The position numbers were made by a program, and so were the translations under genes. The notes beneath the pieces were generated by a model. It ran no database searches. It saw only the letters and a list, made by a program, of their open reading frames with translations, and was not told the origin of the DNA. Source: Candidatus Doriopsillibacter californiensis (GTDB lineage Bacteria; Pseudomonadota; Gammaproteobacteria; Tethybacterales; Persebacteraceae). From it: a DNA stretch of 64,000 nt. The stretch covers positions 48,114 through 112,113 of the forward strand of contig JANQAO010000003.1 of NCBI GenBank assembly GCA_030386295.1, in the 5' to 3' direction. Positions 1-9,109 of this stretch are shown here, piece by piece (the first letter of the stretch is position 1; every line of letters begins with the position of its first letter).

Positions 1-42
1 GCGCGAACTAGAGTCGCCAGCGACTGGACAATCGTAGTTTAG
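1..42 (+). CDS. 3' end of a gene truncated by the window edge, probably a phage tail/baseplate protein
   Basis: Frame 1 is open (ARTRVASDWTIVV) and ends in TAG at 40-42, just upstream of the RBS (AAAGGAAAA) of the tail fibre gene. Identity is inferred from position only. Confidence 0.3.
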   Translation, partial: ARTRVASDWTIVV

Positions 43-74
43 GTTTAAATAAAGAACAATTAAAGGAAAATTAA

Positions 75-1493
75 ATGGCCATTAACCTCACCATATCCGC
101 CGCCGCGAGAAGCTTACTAGTTGACCCCGCCAATACGGGCACTCGTGCAATTCGTATAACACACATCCAACTGGGAGAAGGCAGTAGAGTACCCGATGGC
201 ACCGAAGTAGGATTAGTTACAGCAGTAGCCACCGGTGATTTTGTCGGTGATGTCAACGCGCAAACGGGGGAGATAGCGGGCAGCGCTATATTTACCGGGG
301 CCGCGGCTATAGACGCCAGTGAGGTAGCGATTATCGCGCAAATAGAAGACTCAGAGTTTGTTTTTGCTTACTGGTCAACTGCGGCGGGCGAGGTTGAATT
401 TAGGAAATTAGCGGGTCAAGACGCCCGCCTAGCGCTCGCCGTCAGATTTGACACGACCCCGGCCGCCAGTATAACTTTTGGCCAAACAGCAGCGATCACA
501 TTCAATAATGAATTTGTCCGATTGGAGGACACGCCAAAGGAAATAGACCCCTGCATGGCAGTTGTGGGTAATCCGTCCGGTGATGGATTATTATTCACAG
601 ATAGCCTAGCGGCGAACACGTTATATTATTATGCGGCACTAACTACCCCCGTGGGCGCGGGTGGTAACACTCATGATATATTGGCTGTAATTTCGAGTGG
701 CTCAGGGTTAGAGCCATTAACAGCTACCAATGCTATAGAACACCTGCAATCATTAACGCCGCAAATAGGTCTAATCCCGCGGCCGTCAGCGACCGCCATA
801 AACGCCACTGATAAGTTGCGTGCGAAGTATATCGGCGTGATTAAAGCCCGCCTCTACGAGCCCAACGCCAGCCAAGATGGCTGGCAATTGTCAGCAACCT
901 TACCGGTATCGTCATCATCCGCAGCACCGGTAGAATTGGTGAGTTCTTATGGTAATGTAGTTTTAAGTGTGTCGCCTCCGGCAACAGCGATAAGCCGTCA
1001 AGTCGGCAGGGTAGTAGGATATGAGGACAGAGCGCAGGCGATAGCTATCATCGCAATAGACTTACCCGCGAGTGTACCGCAGGCGACAGACAGCAAGCAA
1101 GGCGTGATGCGATTTGCTACAGACACAGAGGTTTCGTCCCGCGAGAATGTGGCGGCTGCGGTGAGACCTTCATCGATGCTGCTGCCAGAACCAATAACGT
1201 TATGGTCAGGATCTAGCTTATCGGCGGCGAATATGTCAATAAGCGAGGGGGAATGGTTAGATTATTTCATGTTGGGTGTTGTGGCGGACCCCAACACTGA
1301 AAATACAGACGCGGTAGGCGGGGCGTACGCCATGCCGGGGTCGTTATTTAACGCAGGCAATCGGTTCTATATCGGCGAACGCGAAGAGCATGGTTATATC
1401 GAACGGCAGACGTCCACGACGTTCAGTTACACTGCGGCGACACGTAACTTTGATATCCCCTACATAGTGCTTTTTTGGGGCATTAAAAAATAA
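75..1493 (+). CDS. Phage tail fibre (tail-collar fibre) protein
   Basis: N-terminus LTISAAARSLLVDPANTGTRAIRITHIQLG resembles P2-type tail-collar fibre (DUF3751-like) domains. It also has an FVRLEDTP...VGNPSGDGLLF motif, the fibre motif PQATDSKQGVMRFATDTEV and a beta-rich C-terminal tip ending IVLFWGIKK. RBS present. Confidence 0.8.
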   Translation: MAINLTISAAARSLLVDPANTGTRAIRITHIQLGEGSRVPDGTEVGLVTAVATGDFVGDVNAQTGEIAGSAIFTGAAAIDASEVAIIAQIEDSEFVFAYWSTAAGEVEFRKLAGQDARLALAVRFDTTPAASITFGQTAAITFNNEFVRLEDTPKEIDPCMAVVGNPSGDGLLFTDSLAANTLYYYAALTTPVGAGGNTHDILAVISSGSGLEPLTATNAIEHLQSLTPQIGLIPRPSATAINATDKLRAKYIGVIKARLYEPNASQDGWQLSATLPVSSSSAAPVELVSSYGNVVLSVSPPATAISRQVGRVVGYEDRAQAIAIIAIDLPASVPQATDSKQGVMRFATDTEVSSRENVAAAVRPSSMLLPEPITLWSGSSLSAANMSISEGEWLDYFMLGVVADPNTENTDAVGGAYAMPGSLFNAGNRFYIGEREEHGYIERQTSTTFSYTAATRNFDIPYIVLFWGIKK

Positions 1494-1798
1494 GGAACAA
1501 GCCACATTTTTCCGCCACGCTTTTTTCTTTCCGTTTTATTGTTTGTTTTTATAATCAACACAGTGATATTTGTATATCTGTCGTTAAGCAAGAAGTTTAC
1601 CAAATTGCTGTTACCACCGCCGATGTCAATAATGGCGGCGGTCTTATCCAAAGCCTTAGCAAATAGCAAATCGGTGCATGGTCTTTCCATTTGACGACGA
1701 TACAAAACGAGTTGCTTGGCCAAATGCTCCGGTAAGCTCAGTTGCACGCAACGGGCTTCCGAAGGACGGTTTTCTATGGAGCAAATAAAATTATTCAT
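1460..1798 (-). pseudogene. Chimeric gene remnant: class I SAM-methyltransferase fragment joined to an unrelated, possibly tyrosine-recombinase, fragment
   Basis: DKTAAIIDIGGGNSNLVNFLLNDRYTNITVL is SAM motif I of a methyltransferase and breaks off just before the motif II Asp. The upstream part RCVQLSLPEHLAKQLVLYRRQ...DLLF weakly resembles integrase patch II/III. Confidence 0.5.
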
Positions 1799-1955
1799 AC
1801 ATTGTTGATTGCATCAACTAGCTCACAGGGCAACCAAAAAAATCTGGGGAGCTGTGCGTGGAGACGATGAGCTGAAATGTGAAGGTGAAAACAGGGAACT
1901 TAATTCCACTAAATTTTTTCGTTAAAAATCAATCTTTAGGAGTATTAATTATTGG

Positions 1956-2615
1956 GTGTCATTTTCTGGTGATCCCCGAACGGAAAAACGGCGGAGCTAC
2001 ATGATGACGGAGCATCATTTGGCAGCTAACTTTACGGTTGTTAATGGTAAGGCGACTTTTATTCCCATGTTTTACGGTGCTGATCCGGGAGTTATCGGAA
2101 ATGGTGCTTATGCTGGGCATGATTTTTTATCTCACGAAGGCAATCGCGGTTTGGAATTGATTAACGCAATGAATAATGAACAGAAAAAAACAGCAATAGC
2201 TGCTGAAGAGGTTATGTTTAATAAATTTGGTGCTCTTGCGTTTCGTGGTCTGGGAACAAAAGATAAGCCGATTAAAGCGTAAGGAATCAGTGCAAAGAAC
2301 TTGTTTGATGAACAGCAAAAATTACTTTGGATATTGATTGAAGAATACGTGCGTAATGCTGATTTTGATGTGGCCAAAGCTCAATTGGAAAAAATACAAA
2401 AGGGAGGTCTTGATAAATTAAGTTTTATGTGGATGGGGCCGACTGACGGCGTTGAAAATATTTTTTATCAGATTTACGAACCTGCAATTTTAATTAATTT
2501 CGTTAACCAGCATACTGGGTTTGACTGGAATACCCTCCCTCACATTATTATCCGTGACTCGTTTAACGATTATGGTGAGAATTGGCTTCAGAGGCATATT
2601 TTAGAAGAGCACTAA
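1956..2615 (+). pseudogene. DUF3500-family protein, 5'-truncated with an in-frame premature stop
   Basis: ORFs 1956-2282 and 2301-2615 share a frame and are separated by TAA at 2280-2282 (KPIKA*GISAKNLFDEQQ). EHHLAANFT, PMFYGADP, FMWMG and HIIIRDSFNDYGENWL match DUF3500. Confidence 0.7.
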
Positions 2616-2760
2616 TACATCGTATTTTCGCTGAACACTTTAAGGTTTTTGATGTAGATGTTGGGTAAAAGTAAGGTGCTGGTCGCCTAGACTTTCATTA
2701 TTGTAGCTACCGTGTTTGATACATGCCTCCACCAAGAGTGGCAGTGGTCGTGTGGTGAGT

Positions 2761-3498
2761 TTAAAACAATTGTGCGATTCCCATGCCAATGAGCACAGTG
2801 CCAACCGCATAAGCCGTCATGCGTGGAGACAAGGGTGATGTTTTTTCAATTAAGGAAAAAAAGGTGAGTGCGATAATCCAGCGTAAATCCATCACGCCGC
2901 TAACAAATAAAAGTAGCATCAACGCCCAACAACAGCCGGTGCAAAAAAGACCGTTGTGTACGCCCATCAGGAATGCACCTCTCGTGCCGTGCCGCCAGTT
3001 CATCATCAAAAAGATAGCAGGATGTTGGCAGCGACGTAAACAGGAAAATTTCAGCGGTGTGAATTGGTATGCACCAGCAATGAAAAAAAATGTAGCACGA
3101 GGGATAGCACCAGCCAGCGCCATGGTATTGTTGTCAATCATTTCCATCCGCGCCGCCCACAGTTGCACAGTAGATGCGCCGGCACTAAACGCGAACCAAG
3201 GCAGTATATAGCCTAGCATTATCATTGTTGCCGGCACGAAAATTTTTTCTTCACGTACTTGGCAATAGCGACAAAATAAACTCATTAACGGAATCGCTGA
3301 TGGTAGCATCATGGCTGCCATCATCACGCCCCACATGACGAACAGCAGACCCCAAGAAGCGTTTTGCCAATCGCCTCGTAGGTGTGGCAGTCGGTAAAAA
3401 TCTAGCGACATGATGACGGTTATCCACCAGCAAATTGCTAACAGTGTTGCACAAACTAAAAATACGGAAATCGTCTTAACTTTTGCTTTCTTTCTCAC
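2761..3498 (-). CDS. DUF2182 predicted metal-binding integral membrane protein
   Basis: MWGVMMAAMMLPS, AGAYQFTPLKFSCLRRCQHP and GLFCTGCCWALMLLLFVSGVM motifs. Confidence 0.85.
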   Translation of the reverse strand: MRKKAKVKTISVFLVCATLLAICWWITVIMSLDFYRLPHLRGDWQNASWGLLFVMWGVMMAAMMLPSAIPLMSLFCRYCQVREEKIFVPATMIMLGYILPWFAFSAGASTVQLWAARMEMIDNNTMALAGAIPRATFFFIAGAYQFTPLKFSCLRRCQHPAIFLMMNWRHGTRGAFLMGVHNGLFCTGCCWALMLLLFVSGVMDLRWIIALTFFSLIEKTSPLSPRMTAYAVGTVLIGMGIAQLF

Positions 3499-3577
3499 GG
3501 TTGCATTATGTCATAGTGAAAACATGCCGGTGAACAAGGCGAAATATAATTTTGCTCGCGAGTTAAGAAAGGTTTAA

Positions 3578-4795
3578 TTAATTTTTTGATGTGTGCAAAT
3601 GAGAAAATTTTTCTTTCCATTTAATGCAGCGTTGTGCATCACGCTCTTCGTAGATACGGGTGGCAGAAGGAAGATCTAACGTTAACTCATTTTCTCGATT
3701 TTCACCCCAATCCGTTAATCGCATAGTGTACCAATTCGTTATCCCACCTGGAGGTGCAGACTCAAATTTTGGGAAATCAGGATTTCCCCCGGTTTCGGTC
3801 AACCAAGTTTCTGCCAGTCGTGGATTGAGAACCATAGCGCGTGCTAAACCTACCATATCAGCTGCGCCACTAGCTACTGCCTCTATTGCTTGCTCGCGTC
3901 TTTTGAATCCCCCAGTCACCATCAGTGGCACGCGAGTTATCTCTTTTGCGAGTTGGGCAAAATTAATAAAGTATGGTTCTTGGCTTGAGCTGTCAGAGCT
4001 TGCTTTTGCCATAGGGATATAAGTTCCTCCGCTAATATCAATCAGATCTATAGATGTTTGATCGAGCAGGCGTACTACTTTTAAAGCATCAGTTTCTGTC
4101 AAGCCTCCTTCTATTTTATCTGTCGAATTAATCCTAATTCCGATAGGAAACGACGGACCAACGGCATGCCGTACTTCGTCTATTATTTCGATTACTATAC
4201 GGCATCGTGATTCGATTGAACCTCCGTAGCCATCATTCCGGTAATTAAACAGTGGACATAGAAATTGACTGAGTAGAAAACCATGTCCGGCATGTATTTG
4301 AACGCCGCTAAATCCGGCAGTCTGTGCATGTAATGCAGCTTTTGCATACATATCAGGTAATTTTTTTATTTCTTTAATTGACATGCCAGCACATTGAAGA
4401 CCTTCAATATTAAGGGCGGATGGCCCCTTGGGACAACTAATGGGCAGGTGTGAAAGAGCTCCAGCATGACCGAGTTGTACCCAGAGATGAGCGCCCTCAA
4501 TCACGCCTCTCTTGGTAAGTGACCGTATCATTTTTTGATCTGTCTCTGTACTGAGAACTAAATTTCCCGGTTTTTCAGGAAATCGAGGATCTACTTGGAC
4601 TTCACCGATAAAAGAAACAGCGGCTCCGCCTTCTGCCCATCTTTCGTAAAGTCGAATCTGTGCTTTGGTGGGGTCACCCTCACCATTCCCAAGCGAATCC
4701 GACATGGCAGACTTGGCTAAGCGATTTTTAAAAATAGCGCCACAAGGAAGTTTTAGCAAACTTTGAAGAATATGAATGGAATTTGAGTTTTTCAT
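3578..4795 (-). CDS. NADH:flavin oxidoreductase / Old Yellow Enzyme family protein
   Basis: NRLAKSAMS, QLGHAG, GFSGVQIHAGHGFLLSQFL, RNDGYGGSIESR and VTGGF...ADMVGLAR motifs. Confidence 0.9.
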   Translation of the reverse strand: MKNSNSIHILQSLLKLPCGAIFKNRLAKSAMSDSLGNGEGDPTKAQIRLYERWAEGGAAVSFIGEVQVDPRFPEKPGNLVLSTETDQKMIRSLTKRGVIEGAHLWVQLGHAGALSHLPISCPKGPSALNIEGLQCAGMSIKEIKKLPDMYAKAALHAQTAGFSGVQIHAGHGFLLSQFLCPLFNYRNDGYGGSIESRCRIVIEIIDEVRHAVGPSFPIGIRINSTDKIEGGLTETDALKVVRLLDQTSIDLIDISGGTYIPMAKASSDSSSQEPYFINFAQLAKEITRVPLMVTGGFKRREQAIEAVASGAADMVGLARAMVLNPRLAETWLTETGGNPDFPKFESAPPGGITNWYTMRLTDWGENRENELTLDLPSATRIYEERDAQRCIKWKEKFSHLHTSKN

Positions 4796-4933
4796 AGAAA
4801 ATTAAATTTTAAGTAGTTAACTTCTACAGAAAGAGAAATTTTATTAAAACATTAATCAGAACTTTCTTACGCTTGGATAGACATGATTTTTCAGTTGTGT
4901 TTGCTGCTGAGAGCATGCGTTCTGAATTAAGTT

Positions 4934-6150
4934 TTAGTTTGAATATTTCATATACCAATCGCAAAATTGTTTGCAGTGACGCTCGTCATCAGAAAAAACA
5001 CCTGGGCGATAGTAATCAGAAAGAGCTCCTTGAGTCATTGATTTACAAAGATTTTCGTCTTCAGTGTTTGTTACTTTCCACACACTAGTCATATGCTTAC
5101 GCTCAAAATCTTTTCCTTCTACTGCATCTTTATGCACAATCCAACTGGTATAAAGAACACACTTATATTCATTCAAAGGTAATATCCAATTAGTTGCAAT
5201 ATGGTCGCTGACAAAATGAATCCATCCGTTTGGATTGAACCAAAACGACAATGTTCCTTCGTACTCTTTGTGAGGACCTATCAACCTTGCGCTACACGGT
5301 TTTCCATCAAAACTAGTTGATTTATGGCCTTTCTTCATCGGATATCTGGCAATACGACAACTATCATGTGTATCAAACGCCTGTTCTTTCCACAGCAATC
5401 CTTTCGCCTCCCATTTTTTGGTTGCTTGGTTGAATATTTTTAAATATTCAAGGTCTTTGCTTCCATTAAAACTATTATCACTAAATAGCTTGAGTAGTCC
5501 CTTATTGTTAGCCTGACAATGACAGCATTCGCGATTGTTGAGCATTACACCAACCAATTAGCATCGATTTCTACACGCTCATGGTAGGCTAGTTTATATT
5601 CGTCTTTACCGAGGTGATAATGATGGATGTATGGATTAATCAGTTTTTGTACATTCGTCATGTCTTCTTTACATTGTTCATCATTTTCGAGACAAGCAAA
5701 CAATAAACCTTCAACTTCTTGAAGTGGAACACTATCAAGTTTGCAGGATTTTCCTGCATCGGAATACATAAATTCTTTAGGCATTCTTGCTGCATGGCGT
5801 AGGCTACCATCATTTAGGTTATAAGACCATTGATGGTTAGGGCAGACAATTGATGGTTAGGGCAGACAATTGATGAAGAACATTTGCCAACATTTTTTGT
5901 CACCAATCGAGCGCTTTAATGGGCACAGCGATTTACATGCATCGAATTACGCCATCAGTACCGTGTATTAAAAAATGAGAATTTTCTAGTAATTCAAAAG
6001 ATAAATAATTCATTTTTTCAGGTACATCTCCACGAGTTCCTACAAAAAACCATTTATTATGAAATAACTGTTTCATCCGGTTCGTATCAAACAACACTTC
6101 TTTAGGAAATGAATGTCCATAGCGGTATTCCTCTTTTTTTCAGTAATTAA
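4934..6150 (-). pseudogene. Rieske aromatic-ring-hydroxylating oxygenase alpha subunit (GbcA/Stc2 betaine demethylase-like), multiply disrupted
   Basis: Manual translation gives ...LFHNKWFFVG...HVNRCAH* (premature TAA), IVCPNHQWSY (broken by a 20-bp duplication), IDANW/NNRECCHC (frameshift near 5550) and the C-terminal WIVHKDAVEGKDF...VWKVTNTED...QFCDWY typical of GbcA/Stc2. Confidence 0.8.
5829..5875. repeat. 20-bp tandem duplication (ATTGATGGTTAGGGCAGACA x2 plus ATTGATG)
   Basis: Read directly at 5829-5848, 5849-5868 and 5869-5875. Confidence 0.95.
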
Positions 6151-6163
6151 TTGTAATTAGCTA

Positions 6164-7086
6164 TTAGGGAGATTTAATGAGGTTGTCTATATTGACTACG
6201 TTTTCGGCCATGCGGGCGGATTCGGCATCAATCACTTTTCCGTCTAGCTGTGCGGCACCGCGTCCTTCTGCTGCTGCGCTTTTTAGCGCTGCTAAAATCG
6301 CTTGGGCGCGGCAACTTCCGCCGGCGGTGGAGAAAATACCTCGTTGGCAAGTGAGATTTGTGAAGGATGAATCGCCCATTTACCTTCAATACCTAAAGAC
6401 GCCGCACGGCGGGCAGCTAGCATGAAAGAATCTGAATCGTTAAAATCTCCAAAAGGACCGTCAATTGCGCGTAATCCATAGGCGCGGCAAGCGGCCGTCA
6501 TACGTGACAGTGCAAAATGCCATTGGTCGCCCGGATAATCAGGATTAAGTTCGCCAATAACTACTGTGCGTGCACGACAACTAGCAGCATAATCGGTGAC
6601 GCCAAAGTGTAACGCTTCCAGTCGCCGGCTGGATTGGGCAATGGCTTCAACGTTGGCCATTCCCAGCGCGGTTTCTATCAGTGCTTCCAAAACGATGCGG
6701 TGAGTGTATCCCATTGCCTGTTCAATTTGGTTGCAGAGCATGTCCACCGCATACAAATCAGCGGCAACGCCAACTTTGGGTACTAAAATTGTGTCTAAAT
6801 GGGCCCCTGCCTGCTCTAACGTATCAACTACATCACGGTACATATAGTGTGTATCCAGACCATTAATGCGAATGGAAATAGTTTTTCCCTTTGCTTTCCA
6901 GTCAATATCATTGAGTGCCTGAATAATGTTGCTGCGCGCCTTTTCTTTGTCTGCCGGTGCTACGGCGTCTTCCATATCCAAAAACACATAATCGGCGGCA
7001 CTGTCTGCTGCTTTTTGAATCATTGCTGGCATGGAGCCCGGCCGCTGCAGGCGGGTTTGTGCTGGTTGAAAAATTGTGTGACTCAT
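6164..7086 (-). pseudogene. mcl: Malyl-CoA lyase (Mcl; HpcH/HpaI/CitE family), frameshifted
   Basis: FLDMEDAVAP, IRINGLDTHYMYRDVVD, LIETALGMANVE, AIDGPFGDF and GKWAIHPSQI motifs. The C-terminus (RAQAILAAL...GRGAAQLDGKVID) is in another frame from about 6310. The conserved N-terminal R-SELAV-PGS reads RLQR-PGS, an apparent 15-bp deletion. Confidence 0.8.
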
Positions 7087-7326
7087 TACATCTCCTTATA
7101 AAAAAAGATTGAGAAAATCAACGTGAATTTAATAAACAGTCGCTTTTAGAGCAAACAGCGTGGGAAAGCAAACGTAATTTATCGCCACACTGTCATACAC
7201 TTGTGTTGGAAATGACGAAGGTACCACAATTGAAGATAGTTGTATTCACTTCTTCTAATTGTGGAATAAGTCATTGAAAATACGCGTTTGTGTAGGGTGC
7301 TGAAATTTTATAATTGAAATTGACAC

Positions 7327-7355
7327 AAAGAAAAAACCGCTTACGCGGCTCTTCC
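7327..7355 (-). terminator. Intrinsic terminator after ahcY
   Basis: Minus strand reads AGCCGC-GTAA-GCGGTT followed by TTTTCTTT. Confidence 0.75.
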
Positions 7356-7371
7356 TCTAATATTTGTGAGG

Positions 7372-8685
7372 TTAATATCGGTAATGTACTGGCTTAAACG
7401 GCCCTTCTTTTTTTACCCCAATATAAGCAGATTGTTTGTCACTCAACGTGGTGAGATTGGCGCCGACATGTGGCAGGTGTAATAACGCTACTCGTTCATC
7501 TAAATGTTTGGGTAGTACATGTACATCCACTGCATATTTGCTTGGATTGGTAAATAATTCAATCTGCGCCATGACTTGATTGGTGAAAGATGCCGACATG
7601 ACAAAACTTGGGTGACCGGTAGCGCAGCTGAGATTTACCAGCCGTCCTTCGGCGAGCAAAATAATGCGCTTGCCATCAGCAAATACAACGTGGTCTACCA
7701 GTGGCTTGATATTTTCAAAGCGGCATTTCTTGCGCAGTTCGGCAACTTGAATTTCGGAATCAAAATGACCGATGTTGCACAAAATTGCGTTGTTTTTCAT
7801 GCGTCGTGCATGTTCAACAGTAACAATATCCACATTGCCGGTGGCTGTAACAATAATGTCAGCTTGCTCACAGGCATCATCTACGGTTACCACGCGATAT
7901 CCCTCCATCGCTGCCTGCAGCGCACAGATCGGGTCTATTTCGGCAATCCACACTGTAGCACCCAACCCACGCAGCGACTGTGCCGAACCTTTGCCAACGT
8001 CGCCATAGCCGCAAACAATGGCGATTTTTCCGGCTACCATTACATCAGTTGCCCGTTTAATGCCGTCTACCAAAGATTCTCGGCAGCCGTACAGATTGTC
8101 AAATTTGGATTTGGTCACCGAGTCATTGACGTTAAACGCCGGACACTTGAGGGTGTTTTTGTTGTGCATGTCGTAGAGTCGTTGAACACCGGTGGTCGTT
8201 TCTTCGGAAACGCCCAGCAATTTGTCGGCTAATTCGGGATGCTTTTCGTGTATAAAAAAAGTAGCATCACCGCCGTCGTCCAATATCATGTTCGGGCTCC
8301 AGCCGCCGGGACCAAAAAAAGTGCGTTCTAAGCATTCTTCATATTCCGCTTCGGTTTCACCTTTCCACGCAAAAACGGGAACGCCGGTGGCGGCAATAGC
8401 AGCGGCGGCGTGGTCTTGTGTGGAAAAAATATTGCACGATGACCAACGCACACTAGCGCCTAACGCAGTAAGCGTTTCAATCAATACGGCGGTTTGTACT
8501 GTCATGTGTAGACAACCAGTAATGCGAGCTCCGTCCAATGGTTTATCGGCGGTCATTTCGCGGCGTAATTGCATGAGGCCAGGCATTTCAGTTTCGGCAA
8601 TGGTAATTTCGCGACGCCCCCAGTCGGCAAGCGAAATGTCGGCAACAGCGTAATCCTGTTCAATATTTGTGGCAGGCAAAGTCAT
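7372..8685 (-). CDS. ahcY: Adenosylhomocysteinase
   Basis: [50 protein letters not shown] and GHPSFVMS motifs; C-terminal YRY. Confidence 0.98.
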   Translation of the reverse strand: MTLPATNIEQDYAVADISLADWGRREITIAETEMPGLMQLRREMTADKPLDGARITGCLHMTVQTAVLIETLTALGASVRWSSCNIFSTQDHAAAAIAATGVPVFAWKGETEAEYEECLERTFFGPGGWSPNMILDDGGDATFFIHEKHPELADKLLGVSEETTTGVQRLYDMHNKNTLKCPAFNVNDSVTKSKFDNLYGCRESLVDGIKRATDVMVAGKIAIVCGYGDVGKGSAQSLRGLGATVWIAEIDPICALQAAMEGYRVVTVDDACEQADIIVTATGNVDIVTVEHARRMKNNAILCNIGHFDSEIQVAELRKKCRFENIKPLVDHVVFADGKRIILLAEGRLVNLSCATGHPSFVMSASFTNQVMAQIELFTNPSKYAVDVHVLPKHLDERVALLHLPHVGANLTTLSDKQSAYIGVKKEGPFKPVHYRY

Positions 8686-8840
8686 TCGTGTATTCTCCCA
8701 GCGAAATTAGATAAAAGTTGATTTTAAAGCAAGTGCCGGAAAAATGATAGAGACGAGCTGCTGTCTCCGCCATTTTGACAACTAGGCAATGTGCGGTGCA
8801 GGCTTTGTGTCATCCTAACGTGCCGCTTTTGTAGATTATA
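8686..8840 (-). promoter_or_regulatory. ahcY promoter (-10 TATAAT at 8835-8840) and a structured 5' leader of about 140 nt
   Basis: Perfect TATAAT on the minus strand, a long imperfect hairpin at 8741-8776 and SD GGGAG at 8695-8699. Confidence 0.45.
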
Positions 8841-9009
8841 AAGAAGTAGCAAAGTGATGAAAGTTCAACTGTTAGCAGCTGGATTTTTGAATCTCATTTT
8901 TCGTAAGAAAAACATAAGCTGACGGCGACAACGGCGTCAAAAAAGATTAACCAAAATAGAATAACTTTTGATATTCGTTGCTAATTATTATAATTAGGCT
9001 TTCCACTGT

Positions 9010-9084
9010 GGGCGCTTAGCTCAGCGGGAGAGCGTCGTCCTTACACGGCGAATGTCGGGGGTTCGAAACCCTCAGCGCCCACCA
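9010..9084 (+). tRNA. tRNA-Val(TAC)
   Basis: GGGCGCT/AGCGCCC acceptor stem, TAGCTCAGCGGGAGAGC D-arm, anticodon loop CTTACAC, GTTCGAA T-loop and encoded CCA. Confidence 0.97.
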
Positions 9085-9109
9085 CAGTTTTTGTGTTTTT
9101 ATTTCCTCA

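Noticed and set aside
75..1955. Diversity-generating retroelement or shufflon acting on the tail fibre tip
   Set aside because: No second copy of the fibre 3' end, reverse transcriptase, invertase or inverted crossover sites were seen in the window.
2280..2282. Programmed readthrough or recoding (Sec/Pyl) in DUF3500, and likewise the TAG stops in DUF1223
   Set aside because: The DUF3500 stop is TAA and the gene is also truncated. DUF1223 has additional frameshifts. All housekeeping genes read normally in code 11.
5829..5875. Mini-CRISPR or telomere-like (TTAGGG) repeat
   Set aside because: The copies are directly adjacent with no spacers and lie inside a Rieske coding remnant. It is a simple duplication.
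7290..7309. Weak similarity to the reverse complement of the tRNA-Val 3' end (possible att site)
   Set aside because: Only about 13 of 19 bases match and the orientation is inverted relative to the tRNA, which does not fit an integration duplication.
7576..8653. Long antisense ORFs over ahcY, and similar ones over ftsH, infB, nusA, rsxA and the TRAP permease (e.g. 16492-17115, 60829-61512)
   Set aside because: They are shadow frames of well-conserved genes with no recognisable motifs or RBS.
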